Assembly: GCA_043803105.1 (NCBI GenBank)
Contig: JAZDKJ010000006.1
Location: 416,001-480,000 of the forward strand
Direction: 5' to 3'
From: Candidatus Woesearchaeota archaeon
GTDB taxonomy: Archaea > Nanobdellota > Nanobdellia > Woesearchaeales > JAZDKJ01
Length of the DNA: 64,000 nt
Below, piece by piece: positions 1 to 10,029 of the stretch. Each line of letters opens with the position of its first letter. Positions within the stretch are counted from its first letter, which is position 1. A program made the translations under genes and the position numbers. The notes below the pieces were generated by a model. The model searched no databases and was not told where the DNA came from. It saw only the letters and a program-made list of their open reading frames with translations.

Positions 1-4
1 GAGC

Positions 5-1441
5 TTGAAGGAGTACAGGCTTCTTACAGGCAGGACTACTGCTAAGACTGTTATGTCTTCTGTCAATCTCAGGACAAGACTCTGCACGAGTCCTAATGGC
101 AAGGACTTTCTCTATCTGAACATTCCATTGATGAGCGCAGCAATGCAGGCTGTTTCAGGAACAAGGTTATCTGTTGCGCTTGCACAGTTTGGAGGCATTT
201 CTGTTTTGCCGTGCTCTATTCCGGTTCAGGAGCAGGTTGCAATAATCAAGGAAGTGAAGCGCTTCAAGGCAGGCTTCCAGGAGGATGTGACAACCTTTTC
301 CAAGGATGACCTGATTGCCGATGCTGTTAAGGTAATGAGTACAAAAGGCTATCACACTTTTCCCATAACAGAAAATGGGAGATCGCACGGGAGGCTCCTT
401 GGCATATTATCAGACAGGAATTTTGACCCCAAAGAGCACGTAAAGAATAAGATCGAGAAACACATGGTGAAGAATGTTGTGACAGCAAGGGAGGGCATTT
501 CATTGCCTGATGCAAACAAGGTGATGATAAAATACGGCAGGAGCATACTACCTATTGTTGACTCAAGGAAAAACCTACGATACGTTGTCTTCAAGAAAGA
601 CCTGGAAAAGCACAGGAACTTTCCTGATGAGCTCGTCGACCATAACAAGCGCTATATGATCGCTGCAGCAGTCTCGACCTTGCCTAGTGACCACTCAAGG
701 ATTGATGCCCTGATTAAGGCAGGAGTTGATGCCTTGATCATTGATTCCTCCGATGGTTTTTCTGATTTCCAAATTGAGACCTTGAGCTATATCCGTAATA
801 AAACAAGGAAGATTCCGGTGATTGGGGGAAATATAATCACTAAAGAAGGCTTTTTTCACTTGGCTGAAGCTGGTTTTGATGCAGTTAAGGTCGGAATGGG
901 AATTGGTTCTGGCTGCACGACACAAGAGCAGAAAGGTGTTGGTCGAGGCCAGGCTTCTGCCTTGATTGATGTCTGCGCTGCTCGCGACGAGTTTTATTCA
1001 AACACCAACAGATATCTTCCAATAATTTCTGATGGCAGCATTTCAAATCCTGGCCAGATTGTAATTGCCTTGGCTCTAGGCGCAGATTCTGTCATGATGG
1101 GTCGGTTCTTTGCCCAATTCTCCGAGTCTGAAGGCGGTGTGAGGAATCATCCTCAATACGGTCCATTGAAAGAATTCTGGATGGAAGCCTCTGCCAGGGC
1201 GAGGAGTTATGGCCGCTATGAAACCAAGCCAGAATTCTTTTTTGAGGAAGGTGTCGAAGGCTATGTTCCGCACATTGGATCAATCTATGATAATCTCGGC
1301 CAGACTTTGATCAAGATAAAGTCTGCCTTGTCCAATGCTGGCTGCAAGAATATAGATGAATTGCACAAGACTGCAGTGCTTGAATTGCAATCAATAGCAT
1401 CATTGCAGGATGCTGCAGTGCATGATATTATAACTAAGTGA
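5..1441 (+). CDS. guaB: IMP dehydrogenase with CBS pair (5' end probably outside the window)
   Basis: IPLMSAAMQAV, CBS region, catalytic loop KVGMGIGSGCTTQ, ALALGADSVMMGRFFA, EEGVEG; frame is open from the window edge. Confidence 0.95.
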   Translation: MKEYRLLTGRTTAKTVMSSVNLRTRLCTSPNGKDFLYLNIPLMSAAMQAVSGTRLSVALAQFGGISVLPCSIPVQEQVAIIKEVKRFKAGFQEDVTTFSKDDLIADAVKVMSTKGYHTFPITENGRSHGRLLGILSDRNFDPKEHVKNKIEKHMVKNVVTAREGISLPDANKVMIKYGRSILPIVDSRKNLRYVVFKKDLEKHRNFPDELVDHNKRYMIAAAVSTLPSDHSRIDALIKAGVDALIIDSSDGFSDFQIETLSYIRNKTRKIPVIGGNIITKEGFFHLAEAGFDAVKVGMGIGSGCTTQEQKGVGRGQASALIDVCAARDEFYSNTNRYLPIISDGSISNPGQIVIALALGADSVMMGRFFAQFSESEGGVRNHPQYGPLKEFWMEASARARSYGRYETKPEFFFEEGVEGYVPHIGSIYDNLGQTLIKIKSALSNAGCKNIDELHKTAVLELQSIASLQDAAVHDIITK

Positions 1442-1451
1442 GGTGTCATAA

Positions 1452-2864
1452 ATGGGTTTTTCAGAATTGGTGTCAGGTAAGCAGACAATTGCTATTGTTT
1501 GCAATCAATGGGGTGATTCAGGCAAGGGAAAGTTTGTCCACTTGTTTAGCGAGTGGGCTGACATTATCGCACGTGGTACTGGAGGTCCGAATGCAGGTCA
1601 TACTGTTGTAATAAACGACAAGACATACATCTTCCACACGATCCCTTCTGGAATTTTGTATGACTGCGCTGGAAAGACTAATGTGATGGGACCTGGAATG
1701 GTTATTGATTTGAAAGGCCTTGGTGAAGAGTTGGACACGCTTGACAAAGAGCGTGCCTCATATAATCACTTGGTTATCAGCAATGCAGCAAATGTGATTT
1801 TGCCCCAGCACAAGATTCGAGATGGTGCTGCTTTCGCATCCATGGCCAAAGGGTCTGTTGGTTCAACCGGCCGAGGCATCGGCCCTTGCTATGCTGATGC
1901 GACTGCCAGAACAGGAATTACCTTAGCAGATCTGTTTGACAAAGATATATTGGCAAAGAAATTGAGGGAAAACCTCAAGAACTATCCTGATTTGGTTGAC
2001 AAGCTAGACGTGGACGAGATTATTGAAGAGCAGCTCAAACATTTTGAAAGAATAAGACCTTTTGTCCGCGAAACGCATTATCTTATGAACGAGTCCCTTG
2101 CTGCAGGAAAGAAGATCCTCCTGGAAGGTGCACAGGGATTATTGCTGAGCATAATGTTTGGTACCACACGATATCAGACCAGCTCTGATTGCTCTATTAT
2201 CGGAACAGCTCAAGGTGTAGGCCTGAATCCAGCAGTCGTTGACTTAACTCTTGGGATAGTCAAGGCACCTTATATGACTCGTGTTGGCAACGGCCCATTC
2301 CCTACTGAGTTTGGAGGAGTACTGGCTGAAGAGTATTGTGCAGATGTGAGCCACAACAAGAAGGTTGAACTGGCAAATTACAATCTTGAAGCGCTTCTAC
2401 GCTCTCCACGCGAGTTCGACCAGGGGTTATATGCGAGAATTAAAGGAAATGAGTATGGGGCCACCACTGGCCGTCCAAGGAGAACCGGATGGATTGACTT
2501 GGTTGCCCTTCGCTATGCTGCCATGATTAACAAGAGCGCAAAGGCGAAAAGGGCTGATGTTATCATAACAAAGCCCGATGTGATGGATGAGTTTGACAAG
2601 ATAAAATTATGTGTTGGCTACACCCTTGGGGGTGTGATCACCACCAGGTTCCCGCACCGTTCTGAACTGCTTGAACAATGTGCACCTATTTACGTAACCA
2701 TGGACGGGTGGAAGACCCCAATAAGCGACTTCAGGGATTACAATGAAATAAAGAGGAAAGCGCCAAACCTTGCCAACATTCTGTTCTTCATTGAAGAATA
2801 TGCTGGTGTTAATATCAGGAGCGTATCTGTTGGCGCTGATAATGACCAAACAATCTTTAGGTGA
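1452..2864 (+). CDS. purA: adenylosuccinate synthetase
   Basis: QWGDSGKGK, GGPNAGHT, GSTGRGIGPCY, LLEGAQG, EYGATTGRPRRTGW; GAGGTG SD upstream. Confidence 0.97.
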   Translation: MGFSELVSGKQTIAIVCNQWGDSGKGKFVHLFSEWADIIARGTGGPNAGHTVVINDKTYIFHTIPSGILYDCAGKTNVMGPGMVIDLKGLGEELDTLDKERASYNHLVISNAANVILPQHKIRDGAAFASMAKGSVGSTGRGIGPCYADATARTGITLADLFDKDILAKKLRENLKNYPDLVDKLDVDEIIEEQLKHFERIRPFVRETHYLMNESLAAGKKILLEGAQGLLLSIMFGTTRYQTSSDCSIIGTAQGVGLNPAVVDLTLGIVKAPYMTRVGNGPFPTEFGGVLAEEYCADVSHNKKVELANYNLEALLRSPREFDQGLYARIKGNEYGATTGRPRRTGWIDLVALRYAAMINKSAKAKRADVIITKPDVMDEFDKIKLCVGYTLGGVITTRFPHRSELLEQCAPIYVTMDGWKTPISDFRDYNEIKRKAPNLANILFFIEEYAGVNIRSVSVGADNDQTIFR

Positions 2865-2873
2865 GGTGTAAAA

Positions 2874-3647
2874 ATGCAAAAAACTTTAATGGATGTTTTA
2901 AAAGATTTTCCCTATCTAGGGAGGTTTGTTCTTATAGGCGTTGACCTCACAGATACATTTAATTTTATAGCCTGTGGCATCCAGGGTCGAAGCCCGCCAA
3001 GTAGAGAAAGGTATTATGAAGAAAGCACTGACAGGAAGACTCTCTCTGTAAAACCTCTTGCGTATGACAAGATGGTCCGTGAATTCCAGGGAGGCAACCT
3101 TAGCGCCAATCCAGAACTTCTGTTATACAATGTGATAAAAGCTCACCTGACCGGCGTTGCAGTCAGCAACGGAAAACAGACTGATTCGATTGCTGACCTT
3201 ATACAACCTGGCCAAAAGCCAAAATCCATTCTTGAAAGAGGCTTATCCAATTGGAGTTATGAATCTGATCCTCCAAATAACACTCCAAGAGTTAACGGGG
3301 TGGTGAATGATAATCAGGCATGCTTGGCAATTCTGAAAAAGGACAAGGATGGATCACGATTGCCACTATATTTTAACGTCCCGATGACAAGAGGCAGAGG
3401 CATGTTACTCCCAACTTATACAGGGGTTAATATGAATCCTCTTCCTTCGTTTCAAGGCGAGCCTCTGGAATTGGAGCTCACTGCCACAACCCCAACTGAG
3501 ATGGTGCTTATGCTTTATGGTGCCTTAGTGCCACAGTCAGGAGATGATTTACGCGTTGCTGTCGGAGCAATGTTCCAGAACAGGATGGACTTTTCCACAA
3601 TGCTCTACAGCAAGAGCCGTTACGAAAAACCAGTCGAGGTGAAATAA
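2874..3647 (+). CDS. IMP cyclohydrolase-like protein (PurO/Ntn-hydrolase type)
   Basis: YLGRF, GRSPPSRER, LLLYN, VSNGKQTD, YESDPPNNTPRV motifs; purine operon context. Confidence 0.8.
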   Translation: MQKTLMDVLKDFPYLGRFVLIGVDLTDTFNFIACGIQGRSPPSRERYYEESTDRKTLSVKPLAYDKMVREFQGGNLSANPELLLYNVIKAHLTGVAVSNGKQTDSIADLIQPGQKPKSILERGLSNWSYESDPPNNTPRVNGVVNDNQACLAILKKDKDGSRLPLYFNVPMTRGRGMLLPTYTGVNMNPLPSFQGEPLELELTATTPTEMVLMLYGALVPQSGDDLRVAVGAMFQNRMDFSTMLYSKSRYEKPVEVK

Positions 3648-3648
3648 G

Positions 3649-5112
3649 ATGGCAGCAATGCGAGAAGAGAAGCAGAAGTATTTCAACAGGATGCAGGATA
3701 ATTTCCCGCAAGCACTCCTGGTTGGCTTCGCTGATTTGGATGCATCCAAAATACTGGCTGTCAACGTCTCACACCTCAACCAACATGGAGAAACCATAGA
3801 GACGACTCTCCAGCCATTAGCCTACCGCAAAGTGACTTGGACTCTTCCTAATGCAAAAGGTGAGTTGGAAGAGATGGGTTTGCGTTACGGAGACAATCCT
3901 GACCAAAAATCTGCTATGTTCAAATTAGTGGGAGGAAATCTTGCTCTTGCAGCCTGTAAGTTTGTTGGAGCAAATAACGGGCTTGTAAGTGCAATAACTG
4001 AGGCTGACATGATCCAAGCAGGTAAGCATCCAGGTAAAACAAACCTTACTGATGTGGATTCCGCGCTGAATATACTTAGGTATTTGGGTGAAAAACCGGC
4101 ATGCGCTATAATGAAGCACAACAATCCCTCCGGCTTAGCCTATGGAGGTTCTTCTGAAGTGACAGGTGCTGCCTTCGGGTCTGACGTCTCCGAAGCATAC
4201 AGGAAGGCAAATGATGCTGACAGGATAGCTGCTTTTGGTGGGGCTGCTGTTTTCAATAAGCCCATAGATACAGTCACAGCAGAAATGATTAATCGCAATT
4301 ACCTGGAGGTGGTCTGTGCCCCGGACTTTGAAAGAGGTGCTGTTGAAATCCTTAAGGGTAGGAAGAACTTGAGAATAATTCGCTTGGACAATATCAATCG
4401 CCTAGAGAATTATTCAACCACCCAGATTATTGATTTTAAGGCATTGATGGATGGTGGGTTCATAGTCCAGGAGTCCCAGGTGAATAAGGTTCGTTCATTG
4501 GCAGACCTGAAAAGAGCCAGTCACAAAGGTTATCAGACAGAACGGTGGCCCCCAGACCCCAACGAAGTTAGGGACATGATTTTTGGTGTGGCAGTAGAGT
4601 GTGGGGTTACATCAAACTCTGTCCTTTACGTTAAGGACGAAACAACAGTATCTGTTGGGACAGGTCAGCAGGACAGGCTTGATGTTACAGTCTATGCCAT
4701 AGCTAAAGCGTATAGAAAGCGCCGTGACAGGGAATGTTTCAAAGAGTTTGGTATTCCCTATCCAGCGCTTGAAACAATGATATTTCACAAAGAGCAAGGC
4801 ATAGACAGGGATTATGGAAGCACTGCGGTCAATAACGCTAACCTGAACGGAGTTGGTATGCTAAGAGAGTGGAAAAAAGAGATAGATGCAAGAGTCAACA
4901 GTATACATGGTGGATTGATTGGCGCGACAAAGGTTTCAGACGCTTTCTTCCCTGAGCCTGACGCCATCGATTACTCGCTTATGGAATTCATTTCCGCAGT
5001 TGTGCATCCCGAAGGTTCGGATAAGGATTGGGCTACCATTGATGCCTGCAATAAGGCTAAGCCGAGGCCAGTTATTGTGGCGCATACAACTCAGAGATTG
5101 TTCAAGCACTGA
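3649..5112 (+). CDS. purH: AICAR transformylase (PurH C-terminal AICARFT domain, no N-terminal MGS/IMPCH domain)
   Basis: LRYGDNPDQ, KHNNPSG, ADRIAAFGG, LEVVCAPDF, SNSV, GTGQQDR, SDAFFP, RLFKH C-terminus. Confidence 0.88.
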   Translation: MAAMREEKQKYFNRMQDNFPQALLVGFADLDASKILAVNVSHLNQHGETIETTLQPLAYRKVTWTLPNAKGELEEMGLRYGDNPDQKSAMFKLVGGNLALAACKFVGANNGLVSAITEADMIQAGKHPGKTNLTDVDSALNILRYLGEKPACAIMKHNNPSGLAYGGSSEVTGAAFGSDVSEAYRKANDADRIAAFGGAAVFNKPIDTVTAEMINRNYLEVVCAPDFERGAVEILKGRKNLRIIRLDNINRLENYSTTQIIDFKALMDGGFIVQESQVNKVRSLADLKRASHKGYQTERWPPDPNEVRDMIFGVAVECGVTSNSVLYVKDETTVSVGTGQQDRLDVTVYAIAKAYRKRRDRECFKEFGIPYPALETMIFHKEQGIDRDYGSTAVNNANLNGVGMLREWKKEIDARVNSIHGGLIGATKVSDAFFPEPDAIDYSLMEFISAVVHPEGSDKDWATIDACNKAKPRPVIVAHTTQRLFKH

Positions 5113-5114
5113 GA

Positions 5115-6071
5115 ATGTTAAACAACAAAACCCTCGAGTCAGCCCTGTCAATACTTGGCTCTCTTGGTCCAGGACCTGCCTGCCTTATCTATAATGATGG
5201 CATGCTCTCGAGTGCTGCATGCAGCATTTCTGCTGCTGACGCTTTCGAGAAGGCTCGTGATAGTTGCTGGACAGGAACCATTGCAGGCTCTGCATTCTTC
5301 AACAGGCCTCTGTGCTTGGACACAGCTAAAATGATTGAAGAGACTGATCTTCTTCAGGTGTACGCTCCTTCATTTGATGATAAGGCAGTGAAGGTTTTAG
5401 AGAAGAAGACGATGGTTCCAATAAACCTCAATAAAGCGCCAAACACAATTCAACTAATTTGCTTGAATAAGCGGAATAGTCAGTTGCGCACTTCTTTTTC
5501 TGCTCAGCAAAATGATTTGTACTTGGCCATTGCGTGCATGCAAGATACGCCATCCCGTGCCCTGGTATTAGCCAAGGAAAGCAAGACTGCCGCGATTGTT
5601 GCGTCTGAAACACTGGAGGATTGTGCTTTGCTTGCGTTGAGGGACGCAGGGAGAAACTATAAGAACATGATTTGTTACAATGATTACCATCTCTCCTATG
5701 ACTTTCTTGAAAGCAGCATCTCCTGCGTCGCCCTCAGAGTGATTACAGAGCCAGAGGCAATTGCCAAAATTGAGGATATACAAGCAAGGAGTAAGATCAT
5801 TGGTGGTGCTGTTAAGGTAGAAAAGCTTAGTGTAATGGACACCATAAACAAGCTTGCCAATCAAGACAGGTCGGGTCTTAATTACGCTGTTGCAGTCACC
5901 AAATGCGAATTTGACATGGCCACCCTTAGCTTTCTTGCTGACAAAGGCATAATTGCTGTGGCACAGCCAAGCCATAATCCTGAGATTGAAAAAGGATGCC
6001 GTAAATTAGACCTTACTTTGTTGCTCTATCACATTAATGAAAAGCCAAAATGCTGCGAGGTGCGAATATGA
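5115..6071 (+). CDS. degenerate PurH/AICARFT-like paralog
   Basis: Colinear remnants of the upstream gene (AFEKARD, FFNRPL, VYAPSFD..AVKVL, GIIAVAQP) but KHxNP and SDAFFP are absent. Confidence 0.6.
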   Translation: MLNNKTLESALSILGSLGPGPACLIYNDGMLSSAACSISAADAFEKARDSCWTGTIAGSAFFNRPLCLDTAKMIEETDLLQVYAPSFDDKAVKVLEKKTMVPINLNKAPNTIQLICLNKRNSQLRTSFSAQQNDLYLAIACMQDTPSRALVLAKESKTAAIVASETLEDCALLALRDAGRNYKNMICYNDYHLSYDFLESSISCVALRVITEPEAIAKIEDIQARSKIIGGAVKVEKLSVMDTINKLANQDRSGLNYAVAVTKCEFDMATLSFLADKGIIAVAQPSHNPEIEKGCRKLDLTLLLYHINEKPKCCEVRI

Positions 6072-7105
6072 ATGATAAAAAAGAATTTATGACTTACAAA
6101 GGTTCAGGTGTGGATGTTGAAAAAGGTGAGGCTGTTGCAAAAAATCTGGAGGAAGAATTGGGCTCGACTCTTAACGACCATGTGGTTCCAGGAAAGTCTG
6201 GATTCAAGAGGTTTTGGAGGGACGAAAATCATACTTATGTTGCAGGTGCTGACGGTGTTGGAACAAAGCTCAAGGTTGGATTCTTGCTAAAAAAGATTGA
6301 CACTGTAGGCATAGACCTGGTTGCAATGTGCATTAACGATATTGTCAGGGTGGGTGCAGAGCCAATGTTCTTTCTTGATTATCTTGCTACCGGTAAATTG
6401 GATGAAGGTGACCATCTTAAGATTGTCAGTGGAATCGTAGAAGGCTGCAGGCGTGCAGGGGTTCCTTTGCTGGGAGGCGAGACTGCTGAACTGCCAGGGT
6501 TCTACTCGCCTAAAGAATTTGATCTTGCAGGTTTTGCAGTTGGCAGAGCGAAACACCAAGATCTGATTGACGGCACCAATATAAAGGTTGGGGCTGCGCT
6601 TTTAGGCATTGAGTCATCAGGCCTGCACAGCAATGGCTACTCTTTGGCGAGAAAGGTGCTTATGGAAAAGCTAGGCCTTGGAATGTTTGATTATGTGGCC
6701 AAGCTTAGGTGCACAGTTGGACAAGAGCTGATAAGGTCAACCATCATCTACTCCAAGCCAGTTCTTGATCTACTGAGTCACTTTCCTGGCCAGGTTCAGG
6801 GAATGGCTCATGTTAGTGGAGGAGGTATGCCAAACAAGGTTCCAAAATGTTTTCCTGAAGGCTGCGGCGCAGTCATAAATGAGGGCAGCTGGCCTGTGCA
6901 TCAGATTTTCTCGTACATTGCAGAGAACGGCCCAGTTGCACCTGAGGAAATGAGAAGGACCTTCAACATGGGTATTGGTATGGTTATGGTAATAAACGAC
7001 AAGGGTGTGGTGCCAGAGATATCTTCGCTTTTGTTGGAAAGCCACAAACTCAAGAGTTATGACATAGGCAACATTGTTGCTGGCAGAGGATTGCAGTATA
7101 TCTAG
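6068..7105 (+). CDS. purM: phosphoribosylformylglycinamidine cyclo-ligase (AIR synthetase)
   Basis: YKGSGVDV, DGVGTK, GIDLVAMCINDI, FFLDY, GGETAELPG, SSGLHSNGYSL, TFNMGIGM; ATGA overlap with upstream stop. Confidence 0.97.
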   Translation: MNDKKEFMTYKGSGVDVEKGEAVAKNLEEELGSTLNDHVVPGKSGFKRFWRDENHTYVAGADGVGTKLKVGFLLKKIDTVGIDLVAMCINDIVRVGAEPMFFLDYLATGKLDEGDHLKIVSGIVEGCRRAGVPLLGGETAELPGFYSPKEFDLAGFAVGRAKHQDLIDGTNIKVGAALLGIESSGLHSNGYSLARKVLMEKLGLGMFDYVAKLRCTVGQELIRSTIIYSKPVLDLLSHFPGQVQGMAHVSGGGMPNKVPKCFPEGCGAVINEGSWPVHQIFSYIAENGPVAPEEMRRTFNMGIGMVMVINDKGVVPEISSLLLESHKLKSYDIGNIVAGRGLQYI

Positions 7106-7144
7106 CACCAAACCTTTTTAAAGCAAGTGCCTTATCGGGCTTTT

Positions 7145-8134
7145 ATGTTCTTAGACAGATTGGGCAAGGTTGAGCACTCCAAGTTCTATGTAGAGCTTGC
7201 TATAAGGCACGCTAATGCGCGATGCAAGCTCTTGAAGCAGAAACTGCCTGTCAAGGAACGCCTGCTAAGGGAGAAAAAGGTTGGCTCTTACAGGCTGCAG
7301 ATGATTGACAAGTATTTGGGAGCAGAGCTTAACAGGCTCATAGCCTGCTTTCCAGACTTTGAGTCTATTCCTGTCTTCTACCTTGAGCTTGTCAAGCTCA
7401 CAACAGATTATGAGGCGACAACGTCAGCATTAAAAAAGCTTGATTGGCTGAGAAGAAGCACGCGCTCATTGGCTAAGGCATATATTGACAGGATTTCAAA
7501 ACGTAATGACATTAAATTTATTCTCTCCAGCGAGAAAGCATTTTATGGCAGGCTTTTCGGCTTAGCAAGGAAGGTCGACCCTAGCTTAGAAGTCCTTGAG
7601 ACGGTTAGGAAGGTCATGAGAGAATACCCTGTTGTAAAGACCTCGTTGTTCACTGTTGCTATTGCAGGCTTTCCAAATGTCGGCAAGACCACTCTGCTTT
7701 TCAAGCTGACAGGTTCACAGCCAGAGATAAAGAACTATGCCTTCACAACAAAAGGCATCAACACTGCTTACATGTCTTTTGAGTCAAGGAAGGTTCAGCT
7801 TCTTGACACCCCCGGCACTTTGGACAGGATTGAGAAGATGAACAATCTTGAAAAACAGTCTTTCCTTGCAATACAGCATCTTGCAAACTGCATAGTCTAT
7901 GTTTTTGATGTTACAGAATCTTATCCTCTTGATGACCAGATAAAGCTTTACCTCAGGTTAAAGGAGCTTGACAAGCCGATGATTGTGTATGCCTCAAAGA
8001 CTGACATTTCCAAGGATAACCTTGCACTGCTTTCAGATTATGAGCCGATCACTGACTTACAGATTCTTCAGGAAAAGTTGAAATCCTTGGCAGAAAAATC
8101 CGATATTCTGCCACCGCCATCTTCAGATTCTTAG
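7145..8134 (+). CDS. NOG1-family GTP-binding protein
   Basis: GFPNVGKTT, YAFTTKG, DTPGTLDR, N-terminal helical NOG1 region. Confidence 0.9.
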   Translation: MFLDRLGKVEHSKFYVELAIRHANARCKLLKQKLPVKERLLREKKVGSYRLQMIDKYLGAELNRLIACFPDFESIPVFYLELVKLTTDYEATTSALKKLDWLRRSTRSLAKAYIDRISKRNDIKFILSSEKAFYGRLFGLARKVDPSLEVLETVRKVMREYPVVKTSLFTVAIAGFPNVGKTTLLFKLTGSQPEIKNYAFTTKGINTAYMSFESRKVQLLDTPGTLDRIEKMNNLEKQSFLAIQHLANCIVYVFDVTESYPLDDQIKLYLRLKELDKPMIVYASKTDISKDNLALLSDYEPITDLQILQEKLKSLAEKSDILPPPSSDS

Positions 8135-9187
8135 CCTCTCATCATCAATGTATATGGTTGGATTTCTGAAGACCTGGTCAAGGTGCGTGCTAGAATACAC
8201 GCTTCCTCCGAACCATTCGTTGCTTCCTATGGCTATATGAGCAGTGCCTAATGTTTTCTCATTAATTAGGTTTGGCCCCATTATCTTTGCGTTTGGGTTT
8301 ATGCCTATGCCAAGCTCCCCTATCCTTCTTGTTCCTGCAGGATTTTTCTTTTCTGCAGCACAAAGTGTTTTTTCAAGAAGCTCTGCCTCTTCCCCGCCTT
8401 TGATGCTTGTTATCTCTCCCCTGCTCACGTCCAGCACTATCGGTTCTCTGACAAGGATTGTCTGGTCTTTGATCTTTGCGGAGCCGTCGATTACAACTCG
8501 CCCGTCAACTCCCTTTCCGTTTGGTGCTATGTAAACCTCTCCTGCAGGGATGTTCCCTCCCGATCTCGGCTCATCATAGTTTGCAGTATTGGCTACAGCA
8601 TATTTCCTGCTTATGTCTATCGTCACGTCAGTTCCTGCAGGGCTTGTTACCCTTACTGTGTTCCCGTTGTCAAGCTTCTGCTTGATCAATGAGGCCCTCC
8701 TCTGCATTTCGCCGTAGTCAACATCTATCGCTGCCACCAGGGCGCCAAACTGTTTTGTTGTCAGTTCCTGCAAGCTCACTGTTGTTGCGAATTTATGTGC
8801 CTGAGACTTAGCATATCTCCTGAAGCTTTTGCCCAGCACTTTGGCGCTGCTCAACTTGCCGCTAATCGCTATGGCAAGTGCATTGCACTCATTGAACTCT
8901 GACAATGCCTTTACAAGAGGATCATCCTCTGTTGAGTGGATCTTTTTGGGCTCCTGTACAACAAGGCTGTACTTTAGCCCTAGTCTTTTTGCTGCCAGGA
9001 GATAGCATCCGGTCATGATGGCAGATGCTCGCCTGTCTTCATAGCCATAGTCTCCGATTATCAGGAGGTACTCCTTCCTTAGCCCAAGTGATTTTGTAAG
9101 AAGGGATTCAAATACAGGATAGTGCCGTTCTGCAACATGAAATAGGCTGTTTTCCTTTAGCCACTGCACAAATTCTTGGGGTGTCAT
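8123..9187 (-). CDS. M29-type (thermophilic metalloprotease) aminopeptidase
   Basis: GNIPAGEVY, GELGIGIN, EKTLGTAHIAIGSN, HLD. Confidence 0.85.
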   Translation of the reverse strand: MTPQEFVQWLKENSLFHVAERHYPVFESLLTKSLGLRKEYLLIIGDYGYEDRRASAIMTGCYLLAAKRLGLKYSLVVQEPKKIHSTEDDPLVKALSEFNECNALAIAISGKLSSAKVLGKSFRRYAKSQAHKFATTVSLQELTTKQFGALVAAIDVDYGEMQRRASLIKQKLDNGNTVRVTSPAGTDVTIDISRKYAVANTANYDEPRSGGNIPAGEVYIAPNGKGVDGRVVIDGSAKIKDQTILVREPIVLDVSRGEITSIKGGEEAELLEKTLCAAEKKNPAGTRRIGELGIGINPNAKIMGPNLINEKTLGTAHIAIGSNEWFGGSVYSSTHLDQVFRNPTIYIDDERLRI

Positions 9188-9296
9188 CTCTCTGCCTTTG
9201 TTCTGTGAGGGGGTTTTTATACTTTTTCCCAAAATTACAGTACACAACGTGCCCCGATTACAAAGGTTTTTAAAGACTCACAAATTTTTTTAACCT

Positions 9297-9587
9297 ATGA
9301 CCAAGCGCATAGGCAAGGGCCGAAAAGGCACCAGGCACATCTACAGGAAAAAGCCTGCTTTGCGTGGAAAGGTTCCTATAAGAAAGTTCATGCAGAAATT
9401 TGCTGTAGGAGACAAAGTGATGCTAAAGCTCGATCCTTTCTACCAGAAAGGTGTTTATTTCCCAAGGGTTCATTGTAAGGTCGGTGTAGTCAAAGGCAGC
9501 ACAGGCAGGTGCTATCGAGTGGAGATTTCTGACAGGAAAAAACAAAAGATTTTTATTGTCAATCCAGTTCATCTGAAGAAGGTGTAA
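9297..9587 (+). CDS. rpl21e: 50S ribosomal protein L21e
   Basis: GxRKGTRH, FAVGDKV, VNPVHLKK; L21e-rpoF-DUF655 synteny. Confidence 0.93.
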   Translation: MTKRIGKGRKGTRHIYRKKPALRGKVPIRKFMQKFAVGDKVMLKLDPFYQKGVYFPRVHCKVGVVKGSTGRCYRVEISDRKKQKIFIVNPVHLKKV

Positions 9588-9589
9588 TT

Positions 9590-9940
9590 TTGGCAAGACT
9601 TGAAGTTTTCAGCGAAACTCCCATATCGTATTCTGTGCTAGCTTCTGAACTTAAGAGGATAAAGAAGCGCGACAAGGAATTGAGTTTTCGCGCCCTGAAG
9701 ACTGAGGAATACCTTCAGCAAATCATTGTTCTTGAAGAGGATAAGGCCAAGGAGTTATTGGAAAAGCTTAACAAGCTAAATGTCCCAAGGCTTAAGGAAA
9801 ACCACATGATAAAGCTCATTGACCTCCTGCCGACCTCACCCGAAGAGGTTAAGCTTATTCTCCAGGGATATACCATCACAGTCAATCAAGATAATCTGAA
9901 GAAGATTTCAAAGACATTTGAAGAGTTTATGGCCAAGTGA
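9590..9940 (+). CDS. rpoF: RNA polymerase subunit F (Rpo4)
   Basis: KLIDLLPTSPEEVKLIL HRDC-like motif; conserved position after L21e. Confidence 0.85.
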   Translation: MARLEVFSETPISYSVLASELKRIKKRDKELSFRALKTEEYLQQIIVLEEDKAKELLEKLNKLNVPRLKENHMIKLIDLLPTSPEEVKLILQGYTITVNQDNLKKISKTFEEFMAK

Positions 9941-10029
9941 ATACTGCCATAAGGGGTTTTCTTGCTAGCTTTTAGCATAAGGTTTATATAGTCAGCCGGT
10001 TGTGATTCCTTGCAATTAGGGGGATTGTA

